From Macrostomum lignano (Eukaryota), in the NCBI GenBank assembly GCA_002269645.1, contig NIVC01001938.1, positions 124,001 through 188,000 of the forward strand: a stretch of DNA of 64,000 nucleotides, written 5' to 3'. The notes beneath the pieces were generated by a model. It was not told the DNA's origin. It made no database searches and saw only the letters and a list, made by a program, of their open reading frames with translations. Each line of letters begins with the position of its first letter. Position 1 is the stretch's first letter. Below are positions 37,046 through 51,544 of this stretch, one piece after another. A program made the translations under genes and the position numbers.

Positions 37046-38305
37046 CTAAATTGTACAAGTAAGTATAGGAACTATAGACGAAAATGAGACAGACATAAAC
37101 ATGCGCTCTCTATAGCTTAAGTGCAAAAAGTTATGCAAAGTAAATGTACTGTCGGGAATGCGCTTCGACATAAAATCGTCTTTAGCCATTCGCCGACAAT
37201 ATTGCCGTTGTCTCTCATTCAGCCGGCCAGCATCTGAGCAAATTTGCCGCATAATCCTTGGCAGGTAGCCCCAATCGCTGACTGGCTGGAAGGCCTCCGG
37301 TTCAGCCAGCATGTTGCCGCACCAGTCGGCAGGTCTGTCGCTCGGCTTCAGCATGGTGTACTCATCGTAGAATGACTGCAGCATCTTTGGCCCAGTCACT
37401 AAAACAGCATCATCGACTGTTCTTTGTGTGATATTGGCCCAATTCTTCTCGAACCAGGACGGCCATTTCATCAGCACGAAGCTCAGGAAGCTGTGATTCG
37501 CTCGGCTCATCATCACAGCATTCGAAATCATTGAATCAATATTGAATATGAATATTGAATGCTCTATTGGCTCCTGACTCCACACGGCTGACTCACAGTC
37601 GAAGTTCGGAGTCAGCCCCACTCCCTGAAGCTGCGACGGTCTCAGCAGCGGTGTCGGATCTCGAAGCAGCTCCACATCAGTGTCGATGTACAGACCGCCG
37701 ACGTGGTGCAGCACGACCAGACGGCCGATGTCTGATCGCTCCAGCCCGTTGACCAGCTTGCGGTAGCTTTGAACAAGGTACGGATAGTGCTTCGAGATGA
37801 GCTCGGAGATCTGCTTGTCGTCCCAGTGCATGAAGTGCCAGCTCTCTGAGCTGGCCTTGTTGACGTTGTCATTAGTTAATCGTCTCCATGTGCGCACAAT
37901 GGGAATTATCTCACTAGGAACTCGGCCGTCTTTGCTGGTCCAGTGCACCAGCGGCGGGATGGAGTCTGGGAACTGGGAGGGCAGCTTGCTGCAAGGCAGC
38001 CCGTCTGGCAAATTTGATTGCGCAGTCTTCTTAGCAGGAATCCGACCGCAGTCTGTTTTGGGTCCGCAAGACTGCTCCAGTTCAATTCTGACCAGACTGG
38101 GAAGCACTTTCAATGCCACAACCAGCAGCATTATAAGCAGCAGACCGCGAATTCGTCCTTAATTTTTTCGCAGATGGGGGGGGCAATTCGCTTTTTAAAT
38201 CTATTAAAGTACAAGAACAGACTACGGTGCATGTATACATGTAAAGGCGTAAGTCTGCTGAATGTTGCAACGTGACATTCAAATTTACTCACCGATGTTG
38301 TCCAT
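37046..38305 (-). CDS. GT32-family glycosyltransferase, copy 5 (two exons)
   Basis: Exon 1 38305-38293 (ATG GAC AAC ATC G|gtgagt), 135-nt intron, exon 2 38157-37046 (attaag|GA CGA ATT). Gives MDNIGRIRGLLLIMLLVVAL followed by the GT32 motifs. Confidence 0.85.
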
Positions 38306-41300
38306 TCGGCAGTTGTTGATGTGTCTACGAATGGTCATTTCGACGTGTTCACTGCCCAGGAACCGTGAGAGATTCCTATCTTTCTTTCTTTAATTAACAA
38401 ATTTCGCTTCTTTCATCAAGAAATTATTCATTTACTTATATTTCCACCAGTTGTCACATGCAATTGTCCCGCAGCTGGAATTGTGTGTGTTCCTCTTTGC
38501 TGCCTGATTCAATAAAAAGCATATAGACAGAGTCATTTATAGTAAGTGTGAGATCCAAGCAATATAGTGTTAGCACTAGCTGCCTGAACAAAACCATTTT
38601 TTCACCGGAAGCGAAGCACATTATTTTTTCCACACCTGCTGTTAAAAAAAAACTATTTCTTTAGATTTTTTCCTTGATTACAGCAATTAGTTGATTATGT
38701 AAAAAGTTATTGGAGGAACAAACTTCCGCTACAGGCTTTAAGCTCGTAGTCACTGCTCTATTTGTAGTCGTATCTCTCAAATTACAATTTTAGTGCAGTG
38801 ATGGGTTTCGACCTTCCAGCCCCCTTGTGGGGAAGCCTTCGGGCCTCAGGTCTCAGAAATAAATCAGTTAGAGTCCTGGCCCCCCACTCCTGTCAGATGG
38901 TCAGCCCCATGGTAGCTTGATCGTGTGGCGAGCAGTCTAGGTCCTATAGCTAAGAGAGGGACAGCGAGAGACAAGCAGGGAGAATTTTGAAGGTAGAAAT
39001 TTGTTAATCCGCAGATTAGCCAACTCGCTGCCACCAGCCCGTATGTCCTGGCTCACCACACCGGGACTCTCGAAATCGGGCTTCCGACTAGAGGGGGCTT
39101 TGCACTTACCTGCCAACTAGTGTCTTTTTGCTGTCAATCTCGAAGTCATAGCCGATGTTAAGGGACACTGCTGGGACTTGATCGCATTGGCCATGCAGGT
39201 ACAGAGGGGACTTGTGCAGGGGATTCTTGCAGTGGCGAGACTATGGGGTAGCTACATGTACTATTACATTGCTAAATACGAGGAATTGTACTTTTGGCCT
39301 TCAACGCGCCAACTAGCCTCTCATAGCGCTGATGATAGACTAACTCGAACATCAGAGACCGCATGATTCGTCACCCGAGCCGCTTGGCTAACCTAGAGTG
39401 CACAGAGTACATCTCTGGAGCCGATTCTGCACTACTGGCAGTTTCGCTAACTGATTTGATAGATTGATCGACTGAGAACTGCCTTGCCATTGGTCCACTG
39501 TGACCGGCGCCTACTAGCTTAGCTATTCATCTGAGCCATCGGCGAACAAAGAAATGAAACCGATAAAATAACTGTTAGATTTAACCTTCTCCTTAGATCG
39601 CTTCACACCTCAGATTGAATTGGAGTTTTAGACTACTAGCAGTATTATTGAATGATTTCTGCCTCAGTAACAGCACTACTGAACAAAACGAGCAAAAGTG
39701 TGCGCCTAATCCAGCTACTGAAACAGGGGACAGATAAGGAATCACCCAATCAAGCAAGTCTAGGCAGCCTCTCACCCAACCAATCAGAAACTCAACAGCC
39801 GGAGACCAGGTAATCCACAGTGACCGAATCGGCTTAGTGCTTCGCAGCTGTAGACCCGGGATGATGCTGATGTCGCAATCTTCGCTGATAGCTAGCAGGT
39901 GATGCTCTTCACTTTGATGTTCGCTGCTGATGACCGGGGGGACTCGTCCTTGATGATGATGGGGGGAAGTCGCAATCTGGGGATCAAGAAGCGACGGTCA
40001 GTTCCTGGCCGGTGGAGCCAAGGGTAGCACCCGGTCGCCAGAAGGTTTGCAGAGGTAACACCCGGAAAGGGGGGGGTAGCACCCCGAAAGGTGCCGTCCG
40101 AGCGGGCCAAAAACTCCGGTTTAAATAGCCGCCAACTGGACCGCAGTTTGTTATAATGGGACACGTCGATTCTGATTGGCTGAGCCGATTTGTTAAAATG
40201 AGCGTCGAATTTTCTGATTGGCTAAGCTTGTTGCTACCCAGAATCACGTGACCGGGAGATCCTATCAGTTCCCTCGGGGTCGTAAAAACATGACAGGTGC
40301 GGCCATAAATCAATCAAAATCGCAACAAAATGATTTATGACTTTTTGCGTAGAATTGACAAAAGTTAATGAAAAAATATACATTAGAAAGCTCTTATTAA
40401 ATAGAAAGTGAAGATAATGAAGAGAAATCGCTAATCGCTAATCCAAACGTACTTTTAGGGATAAAACTCATAGCTGTCAAAACTGTCACACGCTTGAGTG
40501 AACACGAACAATAGGCCCAGACCTCATAAATCTTGATGGCCTGTCAAAATGATGAGAAAAAAGCTACCGCCCGCATCCTCTCAGACCATCTGGCGCCCGC
40601 CTCAACACTGAGTGAGGCGCAGGTGGCTGTCAGACCAGCTTAGAAAGCGATGATTTATGACCCAAAAAGCTGCGCCTATGTTATTATGACTACTAGTATG
40701 ACCAAACATTATATCCTGTGTAGATTCTATGACAATTCGCAGAAAAAGGATAAAAATGCCCATTGCCCACTGTTAGTAGGCTAGTAAGTTCAGAGCACAT
40801 ATGTGCTAGCGCGGGATTTGGAAAAAAGTGCGTCCTCATCTGATGCAGCGCAATGTACATAGCAAAAGTTGCCGAGGGGTCACCCCCACTGCATGGCAGA
40901 GACATTTCCTGCATGAATGAATATATAACATTAAAAGCTGTAATACATGTATATTACAGAAGCTGTAGCGCCCTAATCGACGGCAAAAGTACATGTATCG
41001 ACGTCGGCCGACGTTCCCAACGTCCATCATCGTCGAATTAAAATATGTACGTTTACATTAAACCGGCGGATATCGACGTCATACGTCAATATACTGTGAA
41101 AATAATTAGAGACCTACGGATTACGACGTCATGCGTCGGCTGATCGAACGTTGGTGGAATGTAAAAGTACATATTTGTCAGCGACATCGATATAGACTTC
41201 GAGAACGTCGGCCGACGTCGAATTACTGTACGGGTAGTTTGCCTCTGTTTTGGCGCCCTATTGGATTGTAGTTGTTTGGTATATATAGCTTAATCCCCTT

Positions 41301-43614
41301 AAAAATTTTCTGAATCCATCCCTGTTTCGATTACACATAAATTTCTAGTCAATTGGCTTGTTGGTTGAAGCTTATTCACAGATCTACATTGTAATTCAGG
41401 CTGTGCATGCACACGTACATGTACATGTATAAAGTTTTAAGATGTGAATTTTCCGATTGACTCTCTGAAATAATTGTCTGCGGCGGTGAGGCCCACACAA
41501 TTGACGCTATAGCTTCACGTGTACAAAGTAGGATGCAGCTTTTCTCGAAACAGAATCCAAAGCCTCTAGAAGTCATGTGGACTGAAGACAATAATGCATG
41601 GATGCGAGGCGTTTCTTCTAGAAATCGACTCTGATCATCGAGATATAGCTATACACCCTTTATGGTGGTTGCCCTTGCCTTTTTGAAGAAATTAAAACGT
41701 TTCTCGTAAACGTAATTAATACTCGTAATTAAGAAATAAATGTTGGACACAACGTGCTCTGTATTTGCACCTGATGCAGCTCCCAACAACGCGCTCTGAT
41801 GGTCCGCGCTGGAACTCCGCCCCTGAGCGCTTACCCTGCGCTATGCGCTATGCAGCGCCGTCAGATGAACACGGACGACCCTGGGTCGTGGTGCGCCCGT
41901 CCTTCTGGTCCTGCATGGCCCAGCTGCTGCAGGGGCCGAAAGAGCAATTGCGCCCCGTCCAGGCCCAAGCACACTGCTGCCACTAACGGACTGCATGTGC
42001 CTCTCATCGCTGACTTACAGGCGCTTGAGCTGACCCCTCTCTGGCAACTGCTGCCTGGCCCCCTCCGCCTGTTCTGCGAGCGCGTGCGCGCAAGGGGCCT
42101 GCCTCTCTGGATCCTAATAGAAAGGCGATCAGTATATATACGAGTATATATATATGTATGTGCATGCATGTAACAGTATAGTTTCTCGCGTTCTGAAGTA
42201 TAGAAATTTTCTCTGAGAAAGATAAAATCTTTTACGTATAAAATTTTACTTAATTTGATAACTATGTCATGTATGGAATCACAGTGTGAGTGATACTGCA
42301 ATACTTTTATGAATTCTGGTTAATTTATCAATATTGCCGTGTCCAATCTACGCTCGTACATGTACATGTATTTAGACTCTTCTCCAAGTAAAATTATTTT
42401 TATTTTTGGGGCTTTTTTATTTTGTTTTATTATTTTTTAAGAAATTGATGTAAGGAATATTACATTAGGGGTTGCACAGATCGTTAACGTTCGGAAAATT
42501 TTATTTTAGAAGTTTAATTAGCATTATTAATATTATTTTTATGTCGATTGAAACATTCAAACTAGAATAGCATTTTTGCGCCTGCTGTGATCATGGTCAC
42601 ACATTTTGTTAAATTTGATTAAATTTTTTTAAAAGTTCGAATGCAACATTGAATTCAGAAATTCAACTTGATCATGCGCAGAATATTGCACAATTTCATA
42701 AATGATGTGCAAAACTGCGCTAGGCCCTAGCAAGATATCCGTCCGTGTATGAAATTTACGAGCCTTCTATTCTTAAACTAAATTCAATGAAATCGACAAC
42801 ATATTTTTAATATTAATAACGATTAAAATTGCATGTGCCATAGATATAAGATAAGTCCTTGTTAAAGTGTGAATTTAGTTATAAGTTATTATAATTATAA
42901 CTTAGACTAGGGTTAAGGATCCAGGTCAGGTAGTATTTTTAAAAATCAACATGACATGACAACAAGGCTAAGATATATGGGCATATTTGGCTATCTAAAT
43001 ATAGACTATTTAGATAGCCAAATCTAAATTTTATGCAAATAGGATAGGCCTAACTTGAACCTTAAATTTGCACTATCTAATAGGCCTACAATCCTATATA
43101 TACTAGTGTTCTCATGTTTCTGCCATTATGCCATGGTATAAGCCTATTGTATTTACAGTATAAGGTAGCCTATGCATAATTAGGTTATTACTTTTTGCTG
43201 GCATCCCAGGATCTTGTGACATTATGGTTAGGGGCCTAGGCCTAATATAGGGGCCTGGTTAATGTCAAGATTAATTTCTAGTCCATAAGTCCAAGGCCAA
43301 ATAATAGATTTACTAAGCAATTATAAATCTAAGTAAGACAATTAATATCATTTTTAGAATACATGGGTCTAGGATAGGTGGTAGGGTTATGATCACAATA
43401 TTTGCTAGAATCTTAGTTGGTGCATGTCTAGGCTAAGGTGGCTATACACTAAGTAAGGTAGCCACAATACAGGCAGTGTTCTAAATTATGCCCAGCTTAT
43501 GCAAACAGAAAAAACTTTAATTTTTTAAAAATTATTATAAGCAAGGCTTATTCTATAACTAGACTATAGGCCTAGTTAAACAATTATTGGCCTAATTATC
43601 AATAATAGTATTGG

Positions 43615-44993
43615 GCACAGGACATTTCGTCCAAAGGGTATGACATTTTGTCCAATGGGAAATGGGAATGACATTTTGTCCAATATACAAATTTTAGTCT
43701 AATCAATGTATTTTAGGTGAGGGTGCATTTGAGTGTATAGCAATGCATTGTAGTAGCATTGCAGTAAAACTTCAAGTATTTAAAATGGTACATATAGGCC
43801 TAGCATGCCATTGCCATAATAATAATAGCTTATAGGCTTCATAAAATATAGCATTGCATTAAAACTTCAAATAGTAAAATGGTACATATAGAATGCCATG
43901 TTAATGCAAATGTTAAGCAGGAAATGCATCAGGTTTGACAAATTTTGACAAGTAAATATGGCTCATGGACTTCAGGAAGCTATCAGGGCTAATTTGTCCA
44001 TTTTTTAGAAGTTGCCTGAAAGTCTTTGTTCTTTCTCTAAAATTACACCTATACATGTATTGTACACTATACTGTAAGCTTTAACCTTAAGGCTTAGGCT
44101 TGACTTATGTTCTGTTGTATTATCATTGATGAGTACAAAATAGCTGCTGATGGAGCTAGTGCGACTGCTGCCCCAATTCAACAAGGAGCTACTGATAGAG
44201 CTAGCGCAACTGCAGCCTTAATTCAACAAGGAGCTACTGACAAAGCTAGCGCAACTGTAGTAATAATTCAATATAGAGCTGCTGATAGAGCTAGCGCAAC
44301 TGCAGCCCAATTGCTGCACTTATTGCATGCCACAGCTTCTTGTCATGGCAATATAGACTTTTTGCACCTGATGCACTCATTGTCCAACATTGTAATTGTA
44401 ATTTTGGCTTAGTGTGTCAAAAGGTGACTCATGGAATTTATACTACATGTACAACATCCAAGCTAGACTAGCACTACCACTTAAATAACAACATGCACCA
44501 ATAGTACAACAGCTATAGAGGGGTTGAGTGGCGGAGCATAATAAATCCCCCTCTTGGCCAAATTTAGGTGTTTTCCAAGGCACATCTAGTTTGTACACTG
44601 CCTGATAACAAGAAAATCAGGGCAGATGTATACCTAATGGGCATTCTTGAATGGGCCTTGAAATGCCCAAAGCAACCCCAGCAAACTAACCAACTTTACA
44701 TAACTGTATTGAACACTCGCTACCCATTTTCTTTACACCCACTTTACTCCACTCTCAAATGTACATGAAACTACATGTACATATTTCAGCACTAGTCACA
44801 ATGAACCCTTCACTGAATGTACCCTTTTAAACAATGAACACTTCAATTGATTAGACTAAAATTAACAAAATTTTCAGACAAAATGTTGTGCCCATGGGAC
44901 AAAATGTTGTACCCTTTGGCTTTGGAGGAAATTTTGTGCCCTCAGATAAAGTGTCCTGGACAAAATGTCCCTTGGATGAAATGTCGTAGATTC
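43615..44993. mobile_element. Degenerate TIR element with GACATTT(T/C)GTCC subterminal repeats
   Basis: The left cluster of GACATTTTGTCCAA repeats is mirrored by GGACAAAATGT repeats at 44870-44990. TAGTCTAATCAAT / ATTGATTAGACTA form an IR. Confidence 0.5.
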
Positions 44994-45583
44994 ATAGTAT
45001 TGACTATTAGTTATTCATAAGCTAAGCCTATCCAAAACTAGATACTCATAGTTTGGCAAATAAGATATAAACTCATAGAAATTAAGATAAAACTAAGACT
45101 ATAGAGGAAGTGATAAGGGAGAGCTTTTATTTCTATACCTTACTTTCTTTAGCCTTGCCTTGACTTCAAAGCAGTAAGAAATATGTTTGCCTTGTGACCA
45201 CATTGGACTGTGGCTATGGTCACCTTGACCTTAGTCTATCACTTCTAGGCCTAAAGTCTAACTGATGTCTCAATCTCAATTTTTTAATTGTGAGAATGCC
45301 TTTTTGAGAAATTCTCAAAATTTATAAAATAGGCTTGGAATTCAAGAAGTTGAGCAAAAATTCATTTAATATAGAAAGTATAAAAATATTGTAAAAATGC
45401 AATGCCATATTGAGAATATCCTCAGCCTAATTGACAGCAATTAACTGACAGCAAATGAGTCAATGTATATAAACTAAAGTATAGCCTGCAGGCCCTTGGC
45501 AGTGACACCTTTGAGCTCTAGGCAAAAGGCTCTAGCTTTGCATATGCTTGAATTAAATGCAGCCTTGAAATAGTTGTTGTTAA

Positions 45584-46229
45584 TAGTGTTCCACCATAGC
45601 TGTAGCTATGGCTACAGGATCCTACAGCAAATATAGTAAAATAGGTGCCTATGGCAGCTATAGATATGTCTACAGCAGCTAGCTCCTCTTATAGATACAA
45701 CTACAGAAATATGGTAGTTGCTGTCACTTTCTGTAGATTCCCATATCCATAGTTATTAATTTAAAAAAATTGAAAAAAATATTAGAAACAGGTAGAGTAA
45801 AACAAAGATACTTTAGTAAACTGTATTATTAACTTAGAAACTTATAGAATATACCTAATAAAGTACAATAAAAAACACTAGCAAACTCTAATTTTTTTTA
45901 ATGTGAAAAAGTTTAGCATTAGTACTTTCAGTAATGATTAAGTATTTTTGTTCTATAAAAAGACAAAATATAATCTTACAAAGGCAATCAAGTGTTTCTT
46001 TTATTTCCTAACTTAATTTGCAGATGTTTAAGCACCAGGTTATCTCCTTGATTTAAAATATTTTGTTTTCTAGACTTTTTGTTAAAACCATGGCTACGGC
46101 TACAGGAACTACAGGAGTTTGGTAATATCGGGGTCCCTACGGCTATGGAATACAGAGAATTGGAATAACCCATAGTTTTGCTTACGGCTACAGCTATGGT
46201 ACATGGACCCGCCTTATGGTGGAACACTA
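45584..46229. mobile_element. MITE-like element with 15-bp TIRs (TAGTGTTCCACCATA)
   Basis: Exact reverse complement at 46215-46229 and internal GCTACAG/CTGTAGC repeats. No TSD identified. Confidence 0.55.
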
Positions 46230-47020
46230 ATTATTAGCCACTAGTACATTTTATGCATGCAAAACTGGACCCTACCATTGCCAATGCTAAGCGTCAGGTT
46301 GCAGTAGTTTGGGCATAGCCTGAGCAGGTTGAGTTAGGATAGCAGCTTAGTTAGACAGCTAGCAGCAGACACCATAAAACTCTCTTAGCCAGCTTTCAAG
46401 TACTTTTTTCTGACAATGTGGTTGTATATATGGTTGACAATGTTGAGATTCCACTAGCACTTGGTGCCTTGCTAGTCTTAGGCTAATGTTTCTTATGGGA
46501 CCCTGAGCCACCAAGAACTAGGGGCTGCTACTGCTAGAGCAACAGAGACTATGGCTGCTGAGTAATAAATAAAATATAATATAAGATGACAAAGACATAT
46601 ACTTATACCATAGGCTAAATTTTATATATAACTTATCATAAGTATTAGAAAAATATTCTTTTTTATTATATGCAAAATGAAAGTTCTCAAAAAAACTATT
46701 TAAAATTATTGCTTAATCTTGCTTTAAAACACAAATCTGATCTTGGATATAGGAAATTTTTAAGATAAGAGTATAATTATAGTTTGTCTGTCTTTCACAA
46801 TTGAACTTCAATATGGCTATTTAAGATGGTTATTTAAATGTCTATTTATTAATATACTAACCTTGCTTAATGCTTTGTTCAATGAAGTGTACTTGTTTTG
46901 CCTACTAATAGTAGTGCCTTAAGGACAATGCTAAGTTGATAATGTCATGACATACGTTTTGACACTAAAAACCCTGTCTATCAAAGTGCTTTATAATCAT
47001 CAATTTGCATGTAACAAACA

Positions 47021-50000
47021 ATGCAAGCAACAGTGGAATCTGAGCAAGCAGGATGCGCTACCTCTTCCGGGTCTGATGAGCAGGATTGTCAAGACGACTA
47101 TGATGACGACTTTGACGATATTGACGATGCAGAGCTGGCTAGGATTAGCGGACTGGCTGACTCATTAGATCGGCTCTGCGTCAGCACTGCCAGCGGTCAG
47201 CAACCGCAGGCTAAGCTGCTCGATCAGCATCAGCGCCTGGTTGATCTCAGTGATCGATTTGTGAAACCCGATAGGAGAACTCGGGATAAAGCTGATCGGG
47301 CGACCACTGATAATTGCTTGGATCAGCGCAGTTTGCGGGTCATGTTTAAATTGCTGCAACAGGGTGTGCTGACCAATATTGAAGGCTGCATTAGCGCCGG
47401 CAAAGAGGCAAATGTTTACTATGCTATTAGTCCCGAGTATGGCCATCTGGCCATTAAGGTGCGACATAAGTATTTTTGTATTGTCCTGTCTTTGACTACT
47501 TTGAGAATAAAAATCGCTTCTTGAGCCACTAAATTTCTATGAAAATCACAGCTTAGTAAGGCCTACTGGATAACCTATTTTACACTCGCCCCGAAGCGGT
47601 CCATGAGTATCGCCCCTAAACTCCAATGAGAATCGCCCCTAAACCCCAATGAGAATCGCCCCTAAACCCCAATGAGAATCGCCCCCTAAACCCCAATGAG
47701 AATCGCCCCCTAAACTCCAATGAGAATCGCCCCCTAAACCCCAATGAGAATCGCCCCTAAACGCCCCAAAATCTCATCCGTTCTCACGAATCAACTGCCG
47801 CAGGTGTACATGACGTCAGTAATGCCATTCAAAAATCGCGACAAGTACATGATAGGCGACCGCAGACTTCGTCACGGTGTCGGCAAGCGCTCCTGGAAGA
47901 AAGTTAGCAAATGGGCCGAGAAAGAATTTCGCAATCTGCTTCGAGTTGCTCAAGCCGGCATACCGGCGCCAAAACCGATCAAACTCAAGGGAGTTGTGCT
48001 GCTCATGACGCTTATTGGGGAGGATGCTGACGCTGCGCCCAAGTTAAAGGATGTAGATAGCGATGATGCTGAGCTGTGGCACAGCCTGTATTGGCAGGTA
48101 AGCTCGTGTTATTATAATGAAGGACTCTGAGTAGATTATTACACTGATAATGAAGGACTCTGAGTAGATTAGCACACTGATAATGAAGGACTCTGAGTAG
48201 ATTAGCACACTGATAATGAAGGACTCTGACTAGATTATTACACTGATAATGAAGGACTCTGAGTAGATTATTACACTGATAATGAAGGACTCTGAGTAGA
48301 TTATTACACTGATAATGAAGGACTCTGAGTAGATTATTACACTGATAATGAAGGACTCTGAGTAGATTATTACACTGATAATGAAGGACTCTGAGTAGAT
48401 TATTACACTGATAATAAAGGACTCTGAGTAGATTATTACACTGATAATGAAGGACTCTGAGTAGATTATTACACTGATAATGAAGGACTCTGAGTAGATT
48501 ATTACACTGATAATGAAGGACTCTGAGTAGATTATTACACTGATAATGAAGGACTCTGAGTAGATTATTACACTGATAATGAAGGACTCTGAGTAGATTA
48601 TTACACTGATAATGAAAGACTCTGAGTAGATTATTACACTGATAATGAAGGACTCTGAGTAGATTATTACACTGATAATGAAAGACTCTGAGTAGATTAT
48701 TACACTAATAATGAAGGACTCTGAGTAGATTATTACACTGATAATGAAGGACTCTGAGTAGATTATTACACTGATAATGAAGGACTCTGAGTAGATTATT
48801 ACACTGATAATGAAGGACTCTGAGTAGATTATTACACTGATAATGAAGGACTCTGAGTAGATTATTACACTGATAATGAAGGACTCTGAGTAGATTATTA
48901 CACTGATAATGAAGGACTCTGAGTAGATTATTACACTGATAATGAAGGACTCTGAGTAGATTATTACACTGATAATGAAGGACTCTGAGTAGATTATTAC
49001 ACTGATAATGAAGGACTCTGAGTAGATTATTACACTGATAATGAAGGACTCTGAGTAGATTATTACACTGATAATGAAGGACTCTGAGTAGATTATTACA
49101 CTGATAATGAAGGACTCTGAGTAGATTATTACACTGATAATGAAGGACTCTGAGAACACTGATAATGGATATTCAGCTCATAAATTAGTTCAAGCCTGTT
49201 CAGTGATCCATTTAAACTCCTCAATCCCATTGCCAGGTTGTGGGCAATCTGCGAACCCTTTACCAGCAGTGTCGCCTGGTACACGGAGACCTCAGCGAAT
49301 ACAATTTGTTATACAACGCTGGCCAAGTAATCTGGATTGATTTCTCCCAATCCGTTGAGCACGAGCATCCGCAGACTTTTGCATTCCTTAGAGCGGATTG
49401 TCGCAATGTGAACGCATTTTTTAGTCGGAAACCGGTTCGAATTCTGTCCGATCAGGAACTATTCGAGTTTATCACCGATCCGACTATCACTGTGGAGAAT
49501 TGTGAACGGTGCCTGGCAGCTCTGCAAGATGTTGCCAATGGGCGGGAACAGCCTCCTGATGTGGATGGGGCGTTTCAGGTGCGGACTGTGCTGTGGAATA
49601 TTTAATTATTTTCCATTGTCTATGAGTGAGATTCTACCCACCTTCCATTGTGTATGGGTGATATGCTACCCACCTTCCATTGTCTATGGGTGAGATGCTA
49701 CCCACCTTCCATTGTCTGTATGTGATATGCTACCCACCTTCCATTGTCTATGGGTGATATTCTACCCACCTTCCATTGTCTATGGGTGATATTCTACCCA
49801 CCTTCCATTGTCTATGGGTGATATGCTACCCACCTTCCATTGTCTATGGGTGATATGCTACCCACTTTCCATTGTCTGTATGTGATATGCTACCCATCCT
49901 CCATTGTCTATGGGTGATATGCTACCCATCCGCCATTGTCTATGGGCGAGATGCTACCCACCTTCCATTGTCTATGGGTGATATGCTACCCACCTTCCAT

Positions 50001-51474
50001 TGTCTGTATGTGATATGCTACCCACCTTCCATTGTCTGTATGTGATATGCTACCCACCTTCCATTGTCTATGGGTGATATTCTACCCACCTTCCATTGTC
50101 TATGGGTGATATTCTACCCACCTTCCATTGTCTATGGGTGATATGCTACCCACCTTCCATTGTCTATGGGTGATATGCTACCCACTTTCCATTGTCTGTA
50201 TGTGATATGCTACCCACCTTCCATTGTCTGTATGTGATATGCTACCCACCTTCCATTGTCTGTATGTGATATGCTACCCACCTTCCATTGTCTATATGTG
50301 ATATGCTACCCACCTTCCATTGTCTGTATGTGATATGCTACCCACCTTCCATTGTCTGTATGTGATATGCTACCCACCTTCCATTGTCTGTATGTGATAT
50401 GTGATATCTATGTCTGTATTGTCTATAGGTGAAATGCTACCCACCTTCCATTGTCTATGGGTGAGATGCTACCCACCTTCCATTGTCTATGGGTGAGATG
50501 CTACCCACCTTCCATTGTCTATGGGTGAGATGCTACTCACCTTCCATTGTCTATGGGTGAGATGCTACCCACCTTCCATTGTCTATGGGTGAGATGCTAC
50601 CCACCTTCCATTGTCTATGGGTGATATGCTACCCACCTTCCATTGTCTATGGGTGAGATGCTACCCACCTTCCATTGTCTGTATGTGATATGTGATATCT
50701 ATGTCTGTATTGTCTATAGGTGAGATGCTACCCACCTTCCATTGTCTATGGGTGAGTTGCTACCCACCTTCCATTGTCTATGGGTGAGATGCTACCCACC
50801 TTCCATTGTCTATGGGTGAGATGCTACCCACCTTCCATTGTCTATGGGTGAGATGCTACCCACCTTCCATTGTCTATGGGTGAGATGCTACCCACCTTCC
50901 ATTGTCTATGGGTGAGATGCTACCCATCTTTTGGCAGGTTATTCACAATAAACACAAATTTACTGATTCAACCGCCAGTCTGCATCATCTTCCCAATCTC
51001 CAGGGAGTGCACATACCCCGCCGCCTCGAAGAGGTGCTGCACTACGAGCGAAACGCACTGCTATTGCGCCAGGGCAAGCTGACCCAGCACGACCTGCTAT
51101 TCGCCACCGTATCCGGTATGAGTCACGATTTAAAAGGACCGAAACGCACGGCTGGCTTACTGAGCGACTCGGGCGATGGCGATGCTAATGATGAGTCAGT
51201 GGTTCGGTCTGAGAACAATCCGCCAGCTGATGATGAAGCTGAACATGCGACAGCGTCGGAGTCTGGATCGTCTGTCACATCATCGGCCGATGAAGCTGAG
51301 GAGGACGATGGCGTGAATCGACCGTCCGGTCAGCAGCAGAAGCGGCCGCCCAATGAGACCACCGAGGAGAGGAAAGCTCGCAAGCAGGCGTTGAAAGCTG
51401 AGAGGCGCGAGAAGCAGAAGACCAAAGTGCCGAAGCACGAGAAGAAAAGGCAGACTAAGGCTAAGAAAAAATAG
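47021..51474 (+). CDS. RIOK1: Serine/threonine-protein kinase RIO1 (4 exons, ~514 aa)
   Basis: Exons 47021-47458, 47804-48097, 49237-49578 and 51004-51474, all joined in phase 0 by GT-AG introns. Motifs: DKADRAT, GCISAGKEANVY, AIK|VYMTS, WAEKEFRNL, LVHGDLSEYNLL, IDFSQSVEHEHP, basic tail ERKARKQALKAERREKQKTKVPKH. Confidence 0.93.
47600..47770. repeat. 23-24-bp minisatellite in RIOK1 intron 1
   Basis: ATGAGAATCGCCCCTAAACCCCA, about 7 copies. Confidence 0.85.
48112..49165. repeat. 33-bp minisatellite in RIOK1 intron 2
   Basis: TAATGAAGGACTCTGAGTAGATTATTACACTGA, about 31 nearly perfect copies. Confidence 0.95.
49615..50930. repeat. 32-bp minisatellite in RIOK1 intron 3
   Basis: ATGCTACCCACCTTCCATTGTCTATGGGTGAG, about 40 copies. 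Confidence 0.95.
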
Positions 51475-51544
51475 GGCTAACAATGTTCTTTTGGGGGCTT
51501 GTTGGTTTCTTACATTAACGTAAGCTGTGCGACTTAGTCAATTC

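Noticed and set aside
38780-40320. Possible LTR/gag remnant upstream of GT32 copy 5
   Set aside because: GC-richer, element-like sequence, but no paired LTR, PBS or recognisable protein motif could be found by eye.
40995-41237. CGACGTCGGCCGACGTTC inverted pair ending in ..CTGTACGGGTAG
   Set aside because: Probably a partial MITE, but the left terminus and TSD are missing.
41760-42120. Possible second LINE 3' fragment
   Set aside because: Only a vague Cys/His pattern across frameshifts; insufficient to call.
48230-49159. 309-aa SESFIISVIIY-repeat ORF
   Set aside because: 33-bp intronic array antisense to RIOK1.
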